DNA from: Mobula hypostoma
Taxonomy: Eukaryota
Assembly (NCBI RefSeq): GCF_963921235.1
Contig: NC_086097.1
Coordinates: 238,640,001-238,704,000, forward strand
DNA: 64,000 nt
Direction of reading: 5' to 3'
Every line of letters starts with the position of its first letter. The first letter of the stretch is position 1. Below the pieces are notes generated by a model. The model saw only the letters and a list, made by a program, of their open reading frames with translations, was not told the DNA's origin and searched no databases. Both the position numbers and the translations under genes were made by a program. Positions 62,131 through 64,000 of this stretch are shown here, one piece after another.

Positions 62131-63339
62131 CAAGATCATTACCAAGATGATGCTTGGACTAGAGGGCAGGTGCAAGCTAGGGATTTTCTCTTTGGAGCAA
62201 AGGAGGACGAAAGGTGATTTAATATACAGAAGAGCACAAGTTTAAGGTGATTCGAGGAAAGTATGCTAAGATGTCAGAAGTAATTTCTACACACAGAGTG
62301 GTGGGAACATGGGACACCCTGCCAAGGGTGGGCAGATATATTAGGGTTAGTTAAGAATCTGTTCGTTAAGCACATGGATGATGGTAAAATGGAGGGCTAT
62401 GTCAGAGGGAAAAGTTAGATTTTTCTTAGTGTAGGTTAAAAGGTGAACAGAGCATCGTGGGCTGAAGGGAATGCACTGCATATAATGTTCTATGATCTAT
62501 ATTCTAAATGATTGCAATTTGCCTGCAGGACATAATCCTTTAGATTCTAATTTGTTTTTTTTTTAACTGCTTAGTGAGGTCCAAAATACCTCCCTGGCCT
62601 TGTATTGGAGAAATGGAATGAAAAGAGATCACCACACCATGAGCACTAATTATCCTCTCTCCAGACACAATCAGGAGCTGGTATTTCAGTAAGAAAGCTT
62701 AGGATCTAATCAGAGCACAATTTCTCAGCTTCTACTGACTAATTAACCTCAATAGCAATTATTACGGCAGAATATTATACCACTCTGATGGTAAATTCTG
62801 CATAGTTTATTTAGCCTGCTAAATTACCAGCACTGTGACCATGAGGTGTGACCTCCCCATGCCAGGAGTATTCCGTTGTAATCCTGCCTTATTGTAATGA
62901 AGGCATTCTGTCAATGTCCTTCAGACTTCGCCCACGAAGTAATGGATGTGCTGGGCTGCTTGCTGCAAATCGTTATCATTAGACTGACAATTATCCCAGC
63001 AACCACAGCTTAATGGGTAAGTGAGATTTTGGACAAAAGATAGAAACATATTATAAAACCAGGAAAAGTATCTGTCAGGTGGACATTAGTACAGAAACTT
63101 TCATTTGTGCTGATAGCTACTTGTGGAAACCAAACAGGAAAAGTGATGATAATTGTACACATCATCCTCTATAAAGATAGCTTACAGCATTTCCATCAAG
63201 CTCTTCATTGAAACATGTTGGTTTCAGTTCTCCATAAAATGTAATTTAAACTTCTATCTGCAAGAAGAAATAATGCGGATATGATGGGTGTCGAGCGTCC
63301 GAACCAAACCAGCAGTAAATGATTAATACAGAGCCAAAG

Positions 63340-64000
63340 GACCATAAGACCATAAGATATATGAGCAGAATTAGACCATTTGGCCCATTAAGTCTGCTGT
63401 GCCATTTCATCATGGCTGATCCAATTTTCCTCTCAGCCCCAATCTCCTGCCTTCTCCCCTATATTCTTTCATGCCCTGACCAATCTAGAATCTATCTGCC
63501 TTAAATATACATAAAGATTTGGCCTCCACAGCTGCCTGTGGCAAAGAATTCCACAGATTCATCACTCTGTGGCTCAAGAAATTTCTCCTTATCTCCATTC
63601 AAAAAGTAAGCCCCTTTAGTCTGAAGCTGTGTCCTCTTGTCTCAGACTCTCCCACCATAGGAAACATCCTCTCTGCATCCACTCTATCAAGGCCTTTCAC
63701 CACTCAAAAGGTTTCAATAAGGTCACTCCTCATTAGAAGCATAGAAACATAGAAAACCTACAGCATAATACAGGCCCTTCGGCGAACAATGCTGTACTGA
63801 ACATATACTTATTTAGAAATTACCTAGGGTTACCCATCTATTTTTCTAAGCTCCATGCACCTATCCAGGAGTCTTTTAAAAGACCCTATTGTATCCACCT
63901 CCACCACCGTAGCCAGCAGCCAATTCCACGCACTCACTACTCTGTGTAAAAAAACTTACCCCTGACATCTCTTCTGCACCTAATTCCGAGCACCTTAAAA
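63340..64000 (-). mobile_element. Two adjacent CR1 3' fragments (63340-63735 and 63738-end)
   Basis: ACCATAAG and CATAGAAA tails; antisense EFHRFITLWLKKF signature. Confidence 0.85.

Noticed and set aside
1..64000. CRISPR array, retron or other prokaryotic system
   Set aside because: No regularly spaced repeat-spacer array or operon structure; all RT motifs are CR1, Rex1/Babar or PLE type.

Overview
This is eukaryotic, repeat-dense non-coding DNA. The repeat complement (CR1 LINEs, Rex1/Babar-like LINEs, Penelope-like elements with GIY-YIG endonuclease, tRNA SINEs, solo LTRs, tiny MITEs) suggests a vertebrate, probably a cartilaginous fish; that assignment is inference. No intact host gene can be supported, and nearly all ORFs in the track are retroelement fragments or their antisense shadows. 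Three things stand out. (1) A TSD-flanked GC-rich cassette at ~4.8-5.3 kb carries a circularly permuted fragment of a CYHR1/ZFTRAF1 exon, joined at the expected exon end. (2) A young Penelope-like (PLE) family has an identical 36-nt minimal hammerhead ribozyme motif in five copies, plus many decayed copies. (3) Two fold-back PLE insertions, one of 211 bp and one of 3.2 kb, each have a perfect 14-bp TSD and the same long-end/short-end asymmetry. Repeat boundaries are approximate unless a TSD or TIR is quoted, and family names come from motif recognition, not database searches.
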